DNA from: Phoronis australis
Lineage: Eukaryota > Animalia > Phoronida
Assembly: GCA_002633005.1 (NCBI GenBank)
Contig: NMRA01000042.1
Span: 308,838 to 372,837, forward strand
DNA length: 64,000 bases
Direction of reading: 5' to 3'
Below are positions 51,297 through 64,000 of this stretch, piece by piece (the first letter of the stretch is position 1; each line of letters begins with the position of its first letter). Below the pieces are notes generated by a model. The model had not been told where the DNA came from, ran no database searches, and saw nothing but the letters and a program-made list of their open reading frames with translations. Position numbers and translations under genes: made by a program.

Positions 51297-54200
51297 TTAC
51301 ACAAAGACCTTTGCCAAGGCGTCCGCTCCAGCACTGGCAATGTACGGCTTGGATGGATGGAAAGCCACGTCATATATGGACTCGTCAAACTTCTTTCGGT
51401 GTGAGGTAATTTCTTGGACGCAGGTCTTGCTATCAAGGTTCCACAAACGAATTGAACTATCATGACCTAAAAAGGAAACAAGAAGAATTCATTTCACCAA
51501 CACCCTGATGAGGTACTTAACTTTACAAACCAGTGAAAAAATGTATAATTAGCATTCCATTGCAGGTATATAGCTCTCCCACAAAGCAAAAAGAGGATGA
51601 ACAAGCCAAATCAAAACATTAACTCGCAAAAGTAAAACCAAGTTTCACCTGAAAGGCGAATGTCAAAATATTGCTGTAAAACAGTGAACAGCACAGTGGG
51701 GCAAATGTCCTTCTGACACATAGAATTGTGGATATCAGAGAGGGTCCCAAGTATTTTGGAATGTGCCCATTACAAATGTGAACATTTGACAGACACTAAC
51801 TAACACCCTGTTATTCTATTAACTTACTCCCTGACAATAAATACAATCCATTCGGATCTACAGCTAAACTTGTTACAGCGTCTAGGTGGGCAACCATTGA
51901 ATGAATCATCTTCCCTGTAAAAATGAACAAACAGTTATTGTTGATAAAATGAACATCAGCCGTGAATAATACAAACAGTCATTAATAAGAACAATGCAGT
52001 ATTTAACATTTAGCTTCTAATTATACTACATTGCCAAAACTATTGCCAAATTACAGTATGTGGCCAAAAATACTGCCAGATTCAAAATTTTAGTTTGACT
52101 GAATTTGCAATAAGTCTCCTTCAGTACAATCTCTGTACCATTATCACCAGATATTTTCAAAAAAACTGATCATTCAAACAACCACAGTTTTAATGAGATA
52201 CAAACGTTTCAAGTGATCTACCTGTGATTCACATTTCCTAATATGCATAGCAGACACCTTTAAAGTATATCAACTCACCAGTTGTGTTGTCAAAGAACCT
52301 AATGTGCCGATCTTCATGCGCCGTTATTGTGACAGGCAATGTAGGATGACTGATTAGCCGGTTGATCTGATTGGCTGTAGGTGAGTCTGAAACACAACAT
52401 GTACAACCACAAGTTCAGTACACCTGGAGCCAATGATCAAAGAAAGGCAAAAATGGTTTTAGAAACAGACATGAACAAGAAACACATTCAGAGTCAATGT
52501 GCTTCAACACATTCCATGAACTACAAGATGGCAACTGCATAATACAGGTTACTGTGCATGGCATATCCCTCTCTCTGCCTCCCTCCCACATCCCTTCAAT
52601 GTCAACTCTAGTATGTGCCACATTGTTACCAAGTCATGATATCTTCTACTCACCTACTGTGTTATCTCTAGTCTCTAATTTCATCAACTGTTTACCAGAC
52701 TCCAGGTCAAATACATAAGTGTTTGTAGATGTGTATGACGCGACAATCTGGTCTGCCTCGCAGCGGACAAAGTCAACAGATGTTGGCACACCAGTTTCTG
52801 CACAGAATCAGACAAATTAACATGAAATAGCATTATGGAGCTCGTGCACATTGTTGTCTGTGCACTTGATTATTGATAGTGGATACAACACATCTAAGCA
52901 GACTTCTATAACAACTGCGAATAAAACTGGCCAACCTTCAGCTCACAAAAGTTTGTCTTTTCATTGCCAAGGATAAGCCAGAACACGTACTAGCCACACT
53001 GACTAGAGCAGAGATTGGGGTTTTGAAAAGTTAACAATGGGGCCCGTCTCATTTAGTCTCAGGACACTAAAACAAACATAAAGCCACCCTTAAAAAATTC
53101 TGGAAATATGAAAAAATGCTTTTTATTTAAAACGTACAGTACTTTAAAACTGTACTCAAATGCAATAGGTCAATTTATTCTATGCAGGTATCAAGACTTT
53201 ATGTGTCCTCCCTCAACTGCATGAGGCTTTATGAATTCCCCCTCTACTGTTAAAGGATCATGTAAGCGAGCCAGTAATGGCACACACAGCATCTATTTAC
53301 TATTAAACAACTTATTTGACCGTATCTGCACTCACCGTCCTGTGGCGGGCTGATAGTAGCTATAAGTGGGTTCCTGTTACCGACGTCCCAAAGCCGTATA
53401 GTTCCATCAGCTGAGCATGACAATAGATGCATCTTGGAGCTGTGCACAGATAGTCCCCAGACGGCATCAGTGTGTGCCACCAATGTGTCACTCAGTACAC
53501 TCGAATCTGAAGTAGATGGAACATAACAGATGGTGACGGCAAAACTTTAAGAGTCTATGAACATGACCTACCATGATTCGACAAGAAACAATGTCATCTA
53601 TAAACAAGATAAAGGGTATCACAGTAATGGATTTCACAAGAAGACACAAGACAGCAGTTGACCCATGCATGATTATCAGTAGATCGCACAATAGTTTTGG
53701 TGCACATAACTTTTCCTGGTCATGTAATCAACAGTCAGTTGTTATGACTGCATGGGATAATAGTATTGGGAAACGATAAATTAATGTGCCAATGTAGCTG
53801 GACTGGGTGTACTATAATGAATGCTATGCCTTATCAGTATGATCATATATCAAAAGAACACTGGATCTGTCTAACCACACATAAAGCAAGTATTTGTTGG
53901 AAATAATCATTAACAGTTAAACTGATGCCATAGAATAACCAAAAGAATACAAAATTTTGTCCTTTTCACTCGTCCACAGCTGCTTAACTTAAACAAGTGC
54001 AATGACGAACATTGAAATGGGCCCCCGACTACACTGCAAATGGTGTACTCATAGAGGTGTTTATTAGTATCATAAAAACGGCCATTAGACGATGCAGAAT
54101 AGGTTAAACCCATATAAAAATGGGAAGGTGTAGTATCTTTCAGACCACCTGCAATTATATATAAGCAGAATTTGTATGTTAAAACATTTTCCTTGATCTC

Positions 54201-57200
54201 ACTTAACCCACATAGCTAAGTGAGGGGCGCTCCAAGCGTGAGGTGCCGCGGGCTCCCCAAAAGTGTCGTATTCATAATTATAACGTATTTGCCAAATTTT
54301 GTGAAAAACTATCAAAGAACGCTGAAGATGGAGACAAACATAACAAGAGCAACGAGAGCACTGAAATGCGCCCACGAATGCACTGCAAACTGTGTGCTTC
54401 AAGGGTGTTTATTTGTATCATAAAAATGGCCACTAGATAGTGCATCAAAAAACTGGAAAATGTCACGGTTTTTTAACAGAAAGCTATTTACCACATTTCA
54501 TGAAAATCCGTCAAGAAACTTTAGCAAAACAGAAAAAATAAAATTGCCACCAGGCGACAAAGCATTCATCGGATCAGCCTGAAAGTTGTCGTCTTCCGTT
54601 GTCAACGTCGACTCCTATAAATACACTTGCTAAACTTAATAAACATTCTGCAGAAGGCTTAGGAGATACACCTAAGGGCGAAAAAAATGGCAATGGGAGG
54701 TGTCACAGTAATTGAAGCCGGAAAATCATCGTCAACCGTCCTCTTCACACTAACAGCACACAAGCTAATATTTACAATCATGGTTTGGTTGCCAGAAAAC
54801 AGTAAAAATGGCCACTAGATGGAGCAAAATACTTCGAATCTGTCTGAAAACCGAAAAATGTCACTGTTTCTTTAAAAGAATGTTATTTAACAAATTTCTT
54901 GAAAATTCGTCGAGGAACTTCATCAGAGAAACAGAGGAAAACAGATAAACATGAAATTGCCGATAGGGGGCAGTTTTAGTTGGACCCATCTGAAAGTCAT
55001 CGTCTTCCGTTGTTAACTGCAAAATTTAATAAAGATCCTGCAGAGGGTTACGGAGATACAGGTGTGCCTGGGCAAAAAACAAAAACAAAACTGCCACTAG
55101 GAGGCGCCATAGTAGTCGAAGTCATTGGAAAAGCATCGTCATTTGTCCTCTTTATAGTAAGAACATACATGCCAATTTTCACAATCATCCTTAGAATGGT
55201 TTGGTTGATGGAGGGACGGACGCCAAAACAATAAAAATGGCCACTAGGTGGCGAAAAATACCTCCATTAGAAAACGGGAGGATAGCGTCACCTAATTAAT
55301 AGATGCCTATGTGCCAAATTTTATGGAAATTCATCGTGGACCTTTGAAGATAGAAAGGTAAACGAAAAAAATAAAATAAAATTGCTACTAGGGGGCACAT
55401 CTATAGTCCAATCTGTCTGAAAGTTGTCGTTGTTCGTTGTCAACTACATATAAACACATTTGCTGCATTTAATAAAGATCATGAGGAGCGTTTAGGAGAT
55501 ACAGTCATGGGCGCTAAAACAAACAAAACTGTCACAAGGAGGCGCTACAGTAGTCGAAATCGTCGGAAAATTATCATCAACTGTCCTCTCGAGGGGTGGA
55601 CACCAAAAAACTGACTCGAAAGTACTAAAAATGGCCACTAGATGGCGCAAAATACTTCGAATCCTTCCAAAAACGAAAGGATAGCGTCACCTCATTAATA
55701 GATGCCTATGTGCCAAATTTCATGAAAATCCGTTGACTCAGAGGACCTTTGAAGATAGAGGCAAACCTAAAAAACTAAAATTGCCACTAAGGGGGCACAG
55801 CGGTATTCGGGTCGGTCCGAAACTCGTCGTCAACCCCATAGGAACACACCTGCCAAATTCCAATAGGATCCTGCAAGGGACTTAGGAGATACAGCCGCGG
55901 ACGCCCGGACAGAGATGACGCCAATATGCACCCACATATAAATATGTGGGCGCATAAAAAGTATATAATTGACACTAAGGGACACAGCAGTAACCAGAGC
56001 TGCTCAAAAGTTGGGGGCAGCCATTCCCACATTGATAAGAAAACACTAGCAAAATTTCACAAACATCCTGCAAAAGATTAAGGAGATACAGTTGTGGATG
56101 CAAAAATGACAAAATGACCACTACGGGCACTACAGTTGTCACACCCGCCCAAAAATCAACCCCAGTTATGGTCTTCTCATCAGGAACACATCGGCTATTT
56201 TACATAATAATACTTTGCGCAGTTCGAGTTGAATGCCAAAAACGGATTCGAAATAATAAATATGGCCACCAGGTGGTGCAAACTCCGTTAAATCTGTCCA
56301 AAATTTGAAAGGCAATGTCGTCTCTTTAATAGAAACCAATTGGCAAATTTCACAAAAATCCATCGATGAACTTCAAAGATAAAGAGGGCAACATAACAAA
56401 TTAAAATTGCCACTAGGGGGCACAACGGTAGTTGGAACAATCTGAAATTCGTTAAAACCTGATTTCAACTTCACTGAACATATCTGGCAAATCTCACTAA
56501 TATCCTTCAAGAAGTTTAGGATGTGCAGCAGCGCACGCTGGACACTAAGACAGAGGTTATGGCAATATGCACCCACACATGTATATCTGGGGACATAAAA
56601 ATGTAAGCTATCAATTGCAAAGACAATTCTTAACACACCAGAAAAGTCCACTGCATGGGATCACGGAAGGCATGTACTACGATGGAAAACAAAGGTTTGT
56701 CAAAAAGACAAAAAACAGCAACCACACGCACACAAGTAAAATGAAACATTCAATTGAAGGTTTTACAAAGAAAATGTGAATATTTTGGAGAAGCTTGCTC
56801 ATGGATATTCAGAGTGCATTTGTGCTACAAGTAAGAAATGTGGACAACACGCCTTGTACCCAGCTTTACAACAGTGACAACTCACCAGGATCTGACCAGC
56901 ATGAAAAATACAAAATGATGCAATTTACAATGGGCGCGATAATACTGAACACATTGCATTATTTGAGCACGGCTTGAGAAAAAAGTGACAATCCTGACAA
57001 GCATTCATCACACAGGTAACCCACCTTGAACTAACATAATACAAAGTCGCACAGCATTTTGACAAAAACTATTCCAAAACTTTGCACTATGCTCTTAATT
57101 TTTGCTCACTTAAAATTTCTCAACATTCTGAGGAGGCAGAATAGAGCCATGAGTAAAACAATGCCATGACAAGTATTTGTCTCAACTTTTTCAACAGCCT

Positions 57201-60200
57201 AAATATTTTGTGGCAGCAATGATATTGGACAGACCATCTCCTTACTGACCAAGAAATACTTACCGTAAGAATCGTAGGGGTCTATATTGGAGCTGGGTAT
57301 ATTCCAACAGCGTATAGTAGAGTCCAGACCACCGCTGAAGCACTGCTCACCAGTAGCGCTCATTGCCAGGCACAGCACTGGTCCTATATGGCCCCTGAAT
57401 GTGTATACTGGCTCCACGTCAAGTGAGGCAGTCCTGTGAAGGGGGGAAATGACCATGCAGATGACTAGTGAAAGGAATAGTTTATATGCTATAAGAACAC
57501 CTTCTGTCATTATTTGGACCACTAACCATTAGTAAACTGGTCTCAACTCCTTACTTATTCAGGTTAGAAGTGCTTTCTAACCTAGAAAACAATTAAAAAT
57601 TTGTTATTGCCTAAGGCCAGATTCCGCAAGTTGGACTTATCTGACTGGCCATTTTATACTCCCAGCATTGCGTCAAGAAAGTGTCAGTTAATCCCAACGC
57701 AAAAATCACTTCAAATATGAATAAGGAACACGTTGATACCAGTTCTATAATGGTGAGATAACTAAATTACTTTTGCACAGGTGATTTTATAACAACTTTA
57801 AAATTCTCTATACATCCTTAATAAATGTCAACAAAAGCCCCACCTGCAGCACCAGATATAACACCCAGTGTGACATCATTGTTAACAAAACATACTTTAT
57901 TCTTTAAAACCGTATTCGCCGTAATAACCACCCAGGGCGCTTAGAAAAGTTCGTTTCAGGAGGTCGCTTATTATAACCCAAGGCCGTTGAAACCCGGTCT
58001 CCGAAACGTGTGAAATCTGAAGCTAAGATTCATCATATTTACGTTCTTTGACGTATCTGTAATCTATGAAAGTCTGTCTACAAAACCGTGGTGCATTGCT
58101 ATCAAACGTTGCTGCTAAATTACAATCATTTTACAGAAAATTATGCTGAAATCCCAGGGCAAAAACTCGCCGACTGCCTGCCTCGCAATCTTCGATATGG
58201 TAACTTGAATGCTTGAATAAAAACACGGTTTCGACTCAAGCAAATTGCCTGAAATCCTCCTTAAGTTTTTTAAGTAGCGTCCCTAAGATTTTTAAGTTCC
58301 CGTGGAGTCGGGATCACAGCAGCTTTAAGTACAAATCTGTGCTACATCGTGCCATCTACATGTATGATCGGCAACATGAGAAAAATGTCTGGACGAACAC
58401 ACATGTTGTTGTCACGTGACGTTTGTTTTAAAGTTGTCTGCGTTTGTGAGTAAGCGAGCGCGTGCGTGTCACCAGAGTTCATTTGCCAGAGCAGAGACCG
58501 TCTTTTGGCCAGAGCCACGCAATCTAACGAGCTAGATGTGCATTGTATTGCACAAGCAGTAGGCCTAAACCAGAGCGTGTTTCATTCAGCACTTGCCGGT
58601 CTCGTGCTAAAAACGTTCGACATTTGTCTTGGTAAGGCCATATTAGTCGCCGTGTAGCTGGATGCGTACGGAACTATCTGACAGTTATTTTTTGGTGTAA
58701 CGATGTGTAAGCATTCACTGTCAGTGGTCATTTTATCGGATATTTGGCTTAAAAACACCAATTATGGTTAATCAAACAATTCATCTTAAAAATAACGCAA
58801 ATTTTTTTTTATAGTATTAGAAACTGTCGGAAATTAGTGCCAATATTCATTTCTTGCTGATGCTATGCTACCCGTTTCATGAATGGATAGTTCCCAACTA
58901 ATGTCTTTGATGACAGGTTCATGTATGTAGCGCGCTTCCTGGCCACATGCTTTTAACACTGGCCAAGCATTTTATTAGTCTTCGATTCGCGGTTTTCACA
59001 TGTACAAAGAAATTTGGATTCCTGTTCAGTGAAAGCAGGAAATATCTACAAAGCAATCCCGTTGACAAGTACACTACTTCTGTTCTGAAAGGCCAGACCA
59101 TTGGTCCTCGCAATATCAGCAGAACTTTTGTGTTCGTTTTGAGGCAAGGCGGAAGTTTGAAGTGTATACTCACGGCTAAATACCAACTTAGCGGTGAGGC
59201 TCGTGGTCTACAAATTCTGCGCACGATAATTTTTTTCAGGACTGTCGGATATTATTGATAAATTGAAGACGTTACTGTAGAATTTTAGGACTGTAGGTAA
59301 GGCCTTTTTCGCACGTACATTCATGGACTGGGCGCTTATTTTAGCAAAGTCTGAAAACGCGTGGGGGGGCGCTTATAGGGGCATGGGCGTTTATTATGGC
59401 GAATATGGTATACACTTTCAAAAGGAAAGACTAAAAACACAACAGATACTAGAAATCAAAAATTCATTGTAACTGTACGACTTTTTACAACATCATCTGA
59501 TTAACTGCATGCACATGTGAAAACTGTAGGAGCAAACAAGTCCAGCTAACTTATAATCATGGTTTCGACATTGGTTTTGAGTTATTTTATAACTCTAGTG
59601 CTTATAGCTCCAACCTCAACTTGTATAATCAGGTAACACAGGTTGCCTACTTTTTTGCCGGCACGGTTTTCTGTAGATTCCACAACTTGAGGCTATGATC
59701 CTCCGAAGCAGTGATGAGAACAGGCTCAACTGGATGGAACACCAGTGAACGCACACCATCAAAATGACTGAAAACAAGAAACAAGTTCATGCAAATTACT
59801 TCACACATCTTACAGTCGCATTTCTCAACTGTCTCCAAAATTTTCTTCTTTAAAATTTTCTTAGCATGTATTTATTCACCAGCCAGTTTCCAAAACAAAT
59901 CTACATGTAAACAGGATGCACCCCGTAAAAACATAATTTAAATAATTACATTAACCTATACTTACCCATAGTCATTTTCTATAAAACTTTACATTAAGTG
60001 CCGGAATGTCATTCTCTGTTAACTGATATTGCATAATGCAGCATATCAAAACCTCATTTTTGGCCACAGCATTTCAACGGCAAGAGTTATTTCACAATCA
60101 CATAACATGGTTATGGTACAGCTGTGAAGTCCAGGCTTCAAGTAAAATCTTAACTTAATACAGTTTTCAAATCTCCATTCTCAGTTTCAATGACTGTAGA

Positions 60201-63200
60201 GCAGTTATGGAAATGATGAACTGAAATTACCTTCTTAATGTATACTTTGCCGTCCAAGTTTTTCTGAAAGCCTCCTTCGGTGCAGGAATCTAAGAGAACA
60301 TACTGCTTTGTCAACTGTGTATTAATACCTCAAGTTCTGCTCAGACACATTGGGGGTCTTATTAGGAATTCCAAGCACAGATAATTAGCATACAAAATGA
60401 TCCCACAGAAATAACAATGTGGCCTGCTACTAGTGGACAAACTAGGACATCAGTATCAGACGACCAACTCCACTGTAAACTCTGTAAGCTGATGCCTTAG
60501 TCATGACTATGACACCGACAAACAACGACTTAAATCCATACACGAACAGAGAAACCCTCTTGGCTTTAATATTTGGTTCTGTGGAATGAATTTGATGACT
60601 GGCCAATATACTTGTCTAAGAATGATATCTACCATTAAGTTCTGCAATTGAATGCTGATGACGCAATACTGTAAACGACTAGAAAGAAAACGTTTATGAC
60701 CTATGTCAACTAAGACAATGGTTTGCATCTTTGTCCATAAGATTAATACACCACCTCTGGATACAACATTATGTTCTGGGAGGAAGGAGAGCAGCAATGG
60801 ACAAACATAGGGAAACTCAATCTGTCGATGCGTGTATACACTAGGTAATCAGTGACATCAATTCCAGAAAACCATCAACAATCAGGCGCTGTTAACATAT
60901 GATCACACTTTAACAATTAAAGAGACTTGTCAAAAAATCTTTTAAACAATTCCTGATGAAAGTACCATCTTGCAACCTCCACAACAGTTATTCACTTTCC
61001 CCTGTGAGGGAATATCCACGAAACATCACAAAATTCATGTTTTCTTTTTGAAATACGCGCAAAGGAAAAACTCTGTAGTCACCACAGAGTTTCTAATCTT
61101 CCTCCCGATTATGCGCTCAGTCATTTGACAAACAGCTGACTGACAAAAAGAATTAACAGCAGATTATCACGTGTGATCGGACTCCAAATCTGAGGTCGAC
61201 ACCACAGTATGGGGCAAGTCAGTGAAGCAAGAGATTTCCCTAAGAGAATTCCGAGTGCATTTTAGAATATATTTGAATACTACGATACCTTTGTAACCAA
61301 TTTTAAACACCAATTACCTTTTCATCCTACTGCTGGTTCAAGTTGTGATTGTTTTGGTTACATCAAATGTCAAAGGTCACATTTCCCATACAAGGGAAAT
61401 AAGCTATGTCTGGCCATACCAAATATGGAGACATGCTTTGCCTTGTGGGAAAAAAATCAATAAAGTGATGAGCAGCTGACAGATCGTTTTTTTTTTTGAA
61501 ATTTGAAGCTAAAAGAAAAAATGCTTCCGACATCAACAGAAATTCAAAATCTTTATGAGCAAAATGTAAAAATATCTGGTGAACACGCTGAATTCTGTTT
61601 CAGTGGCAGAGGAACACTTTGAATAATGCAAGTTTTTCATGTTTCAAGCCTCTTTAATGCTCAACCATCATAATTATAAAACTAGAAACATCTTGCATAC
61701 ACTTCTCTGCACATCACCATCCTAGCCAAGACTTACATCATAACTCAGCGGGTCCGCTTCATTAGAGATGGACAGCCCTGCCAGGTCACCAAGCCCCAGG
61801 GCAGCTTCCAATGCCTCGTCTTCGCCAGGCATGCCTAGAACGGGTTTACGACATGCAGCGCCGGGGTAGACGATGTTGGCAGTGTCCACATCACGGCCAC
61901 CTGTGGTGAGCACAGTCACGAGACTGCTAATCAACATTCTTCCCTTATACAAGACCAAGCTAGTGACCTCTTGAGTGGCTAGCAGGGCAGGCCTAGCACC
62001 AGTTAGTATGTAGTGGACACAGCAGGCAGACAACACACAGTGTGCATTTGTTAGTTGACCTACACACGTCTTCTTCCCTTTTTGTTTATATCCGACTTAA
62101 CACGAGACTTGTTGTATACAAACTCGCTCAAGTACAGGAATGCATGCATTTGAGCATGTTTGTACAAAACAAGTCAACAGACAACAATGTCATGTGTTTA
62201 ATCAGATTTAATGACAAGAGGGGCTGCTGTCTAACTACTCCTGTATGTCTGTGAATACAAGCAAGGCACCACGCGATCCCTTCATCCCATTAACAGTTGG
62301 CCAGCCAACAATTTTGTGTCAATATTACATGGCCCAAAACTCCCTCACCATACTCAAGGCATCAATACCTTCACCTGGACACGTTTTAACACATGCAGAA
62401 CTGCACTTGAAAGTTAAAATGCACTCTATAGAGAATTCACCAAATTAAGTTTTTTTGCAAAGCAAGAAATGTGAACTGAAGACTGATCCTGAGTTAAGTA
62501 ATGAAATCCAAGGGCTTGGTCAAACCATAAATGTTTCCCCAAGATCCTAAAGCAAATACAGTGGCGTCACCAACACCGTAAGTTTTCTGACTGCCACATG
62601 GGTGCTAGTACCTGTCCTAAACCATAGCCAACTAGACAGAAATGTGCACAAGGAAGAATATTGACACTGCTCACAAGCGGCCAATCTGTAGATGACCAAC
62701 ATTCTCATCCCACCACGCCGCTGCCAAAGTTTGCTCTTGTCAAGGTGAAGAGTAAACTGTCTCAAGTTGAAACAATTGTTGTGTAAATGCTTTCTTTCAT
62801 ATGAGCTCTCAGTGTAACACAGCAATGTCCTCAAAGTTTTTTTTAGACTGAATTCACAGAAAATGACCAAGCAGTATACAGCCCAACATGTCAGGCATAT
62901 TGGATAGATATTTGTTTAATCAGTATTACAAAGCATTTTCAACTTATTAGTTGCAAGTTTAGTCTGATGGACTGATGTGCAGGGCAAAACCCTCAGTAAA
63001 TTCAGATCAAAATTTTTGTTTGGTAATACATGCACAATCAGACCAATCAACTCTTCCTCTTCACAAAGTCCAACCAAATTTTCTGAGAAATAAACAGTTC
63101 AGTATTTGTTCTATTCTTGTCACAATCAGACTTTGAAAAGACGCTAAACAAACTCAGCCCGCAGCCAAATCCCTGCTTTACTAGTTGTTGACCAAGCTGG

Positions 63201-63796
63201 CATTCAATCACTAACCAAAAGCTGACAATACCAAACAAGCAACATACGAGTGCAGTCAAAGTAACTATAGTGCGACAAAGCAATCAACAACCCGCCAGAT
63301 ATCAATGTTACCATACAGCACAAAACACATGGAGCACAACAAAGCCAATGAACTGATAGTAAAAGCATCAGCCATTTCTAACCTGATGCAATCAAAACAA
63401 AAACTAATATAGTTGTACGAAAACAACGATCAAATCTGAGAACAACAAGAAAACTAAAACCAAGAAATGCTGAACGAATCCTGTAGTCAAATTTAGTCAA
63501 ATTGAAAGCAAACTTAAAACATTATCATAAAAGCTTAGGGATGAACAGCTAATTAATTTACCGTTGGATAAGGATAAAGTGGATGGCACAATTAAGCCAC
63601 TGATCAGTTGCTGGGTAGTCGATATAAATCATGTTCACGTGCACTATATAAACCAAATGCATACATACTCGCCCATGACACTCCATACCTGAGTCCTCTA
63701 CCTCGCCCTTATTAATGTTGCCAGGCGACCATGACGGCACATCCTCATCACTGCCAAGGTTAGCCAACATCGCCTGTAGCTGCGTTCTGTTTGGTC
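51297..63796 (-). CDS. STRN3: Striatin family protein (STRN/STRN3/Cka-like, STRIPAK scaffold), 3' half with WD40 repeats; 5' exons lie beyond the window
   Basis: Exons (-): 63796-63689, 61900-61737, 60289-60231, 59767-59651, 57433-57264, 53506-53336, 52797-52654, 52386-52279, 51914-51828, 51466-51297; all GT-AG and phase-consistent. Motifs: GPNRTQLQAMLANL, LGLGDLAGL, FRKTWTAKYTLRSHFDGVR, SEDHSLKLWNL, LDVEPVYTFRGH, HSMVAHLDAVTSLAVDPNG, HRKKFDESIYDVAFHPSKPYIASAGADALAKVFV*. The paralog label is nominal. Confidence 0.95.
53991..56601 (-). mobile_element. Older diverged HINE-like copy interrupted by the 54342-55960 element
   Basis: Degenerate start aaacaagtgcaatg...gaaatgggccccc...cactgcaaatggtgt and degenerate end atgcacccacac...ggacataaaaa. 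Confidence 0.6.
54342..55960 (-). mobile_element. HINE-like element (same family as 45744-47484) in a striatin intron
   Basis: aacaagagcaacg...aaatgcgcccac at one end; hairpin atgcacccacatataaatatgtgggcgcataaaaa at the other; perfect 10-bp subTIR ATGCGCCCAC/GTGGGCGCAT. Confidence 0.78.
57910..59408. mobile_element. ~1.5-kb non-autonomous TIR DNA transposon (Tc1/mariner/pogo-like CCGTA termini)
   Basis: Left ccgtattcgccgtaataa vs right ttattatggcgaatatgg (16/18 match); TA on the right flank; subterminal gggcgctta repeats; no transposase ORF. Confidence 0.75.
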
Positions 63797-64000
63797 CTAT
63801 AATCATCATTAATACATAATTAAATGTGCACCACTGTCATACAAACATTGACAAAACATTCAAAGTAAAAATAAATGACTATTTCTGATCTTTGATACTT
63901 CTAATTATCAGTCGACTTGCCTTTTCCTTACATGTTGTTAAACAGACCTGTGTACCACCAAAACTGCATTGGAGAACTCTGAACACCAGATTTGCAGATT

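Noticed and set aside
58919-59258. ORFs inside the TIR element as a transposase
   Set aside because: No DDE/HTH motifs recognisable

Overview
Intron-rich, AT-rich animal genomic DNA, probably a marine invertebrate (inferred from gene content and repeat types); most short ORFs in the track are spurious or partial exons. The window holds three genes. (1) The terminal coding exon and long U-rich 3' UTR of an unidentified + strand gene ending ...EPCSAV*. (2) A complete + strand CPAMD8-type thioester protein gene of the alpha-2-macroglobulin/C3 family. I reconstructed it by hand as 36 phase-consistent exons, 7898-43342, 5448 nt (about 1815 aa). It has an intact GCGEQ thioester, a Methyltransf_FA-like insert, an atypical Kazal domain, an acidic Ser-Gly/Tyr-rich tail and two GC-AG introns. 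(3) The 3' half (10 exons, WD40 region) of a convergent - strand striatin gene. Repeats include Helentron/DINE-1-like non-autonomous elements whose ~150 bp internal monomers each carry a CTCF-like motif, several MITE-like elements, and mini/microsatellites. One 63-bp repeat triplicates a splice donor in frame. Two N-joined duplications are probably uncollapsed haplotypes. Homology calls rest on remembered family motifs, not database searches. No prokaryote-type system is present.
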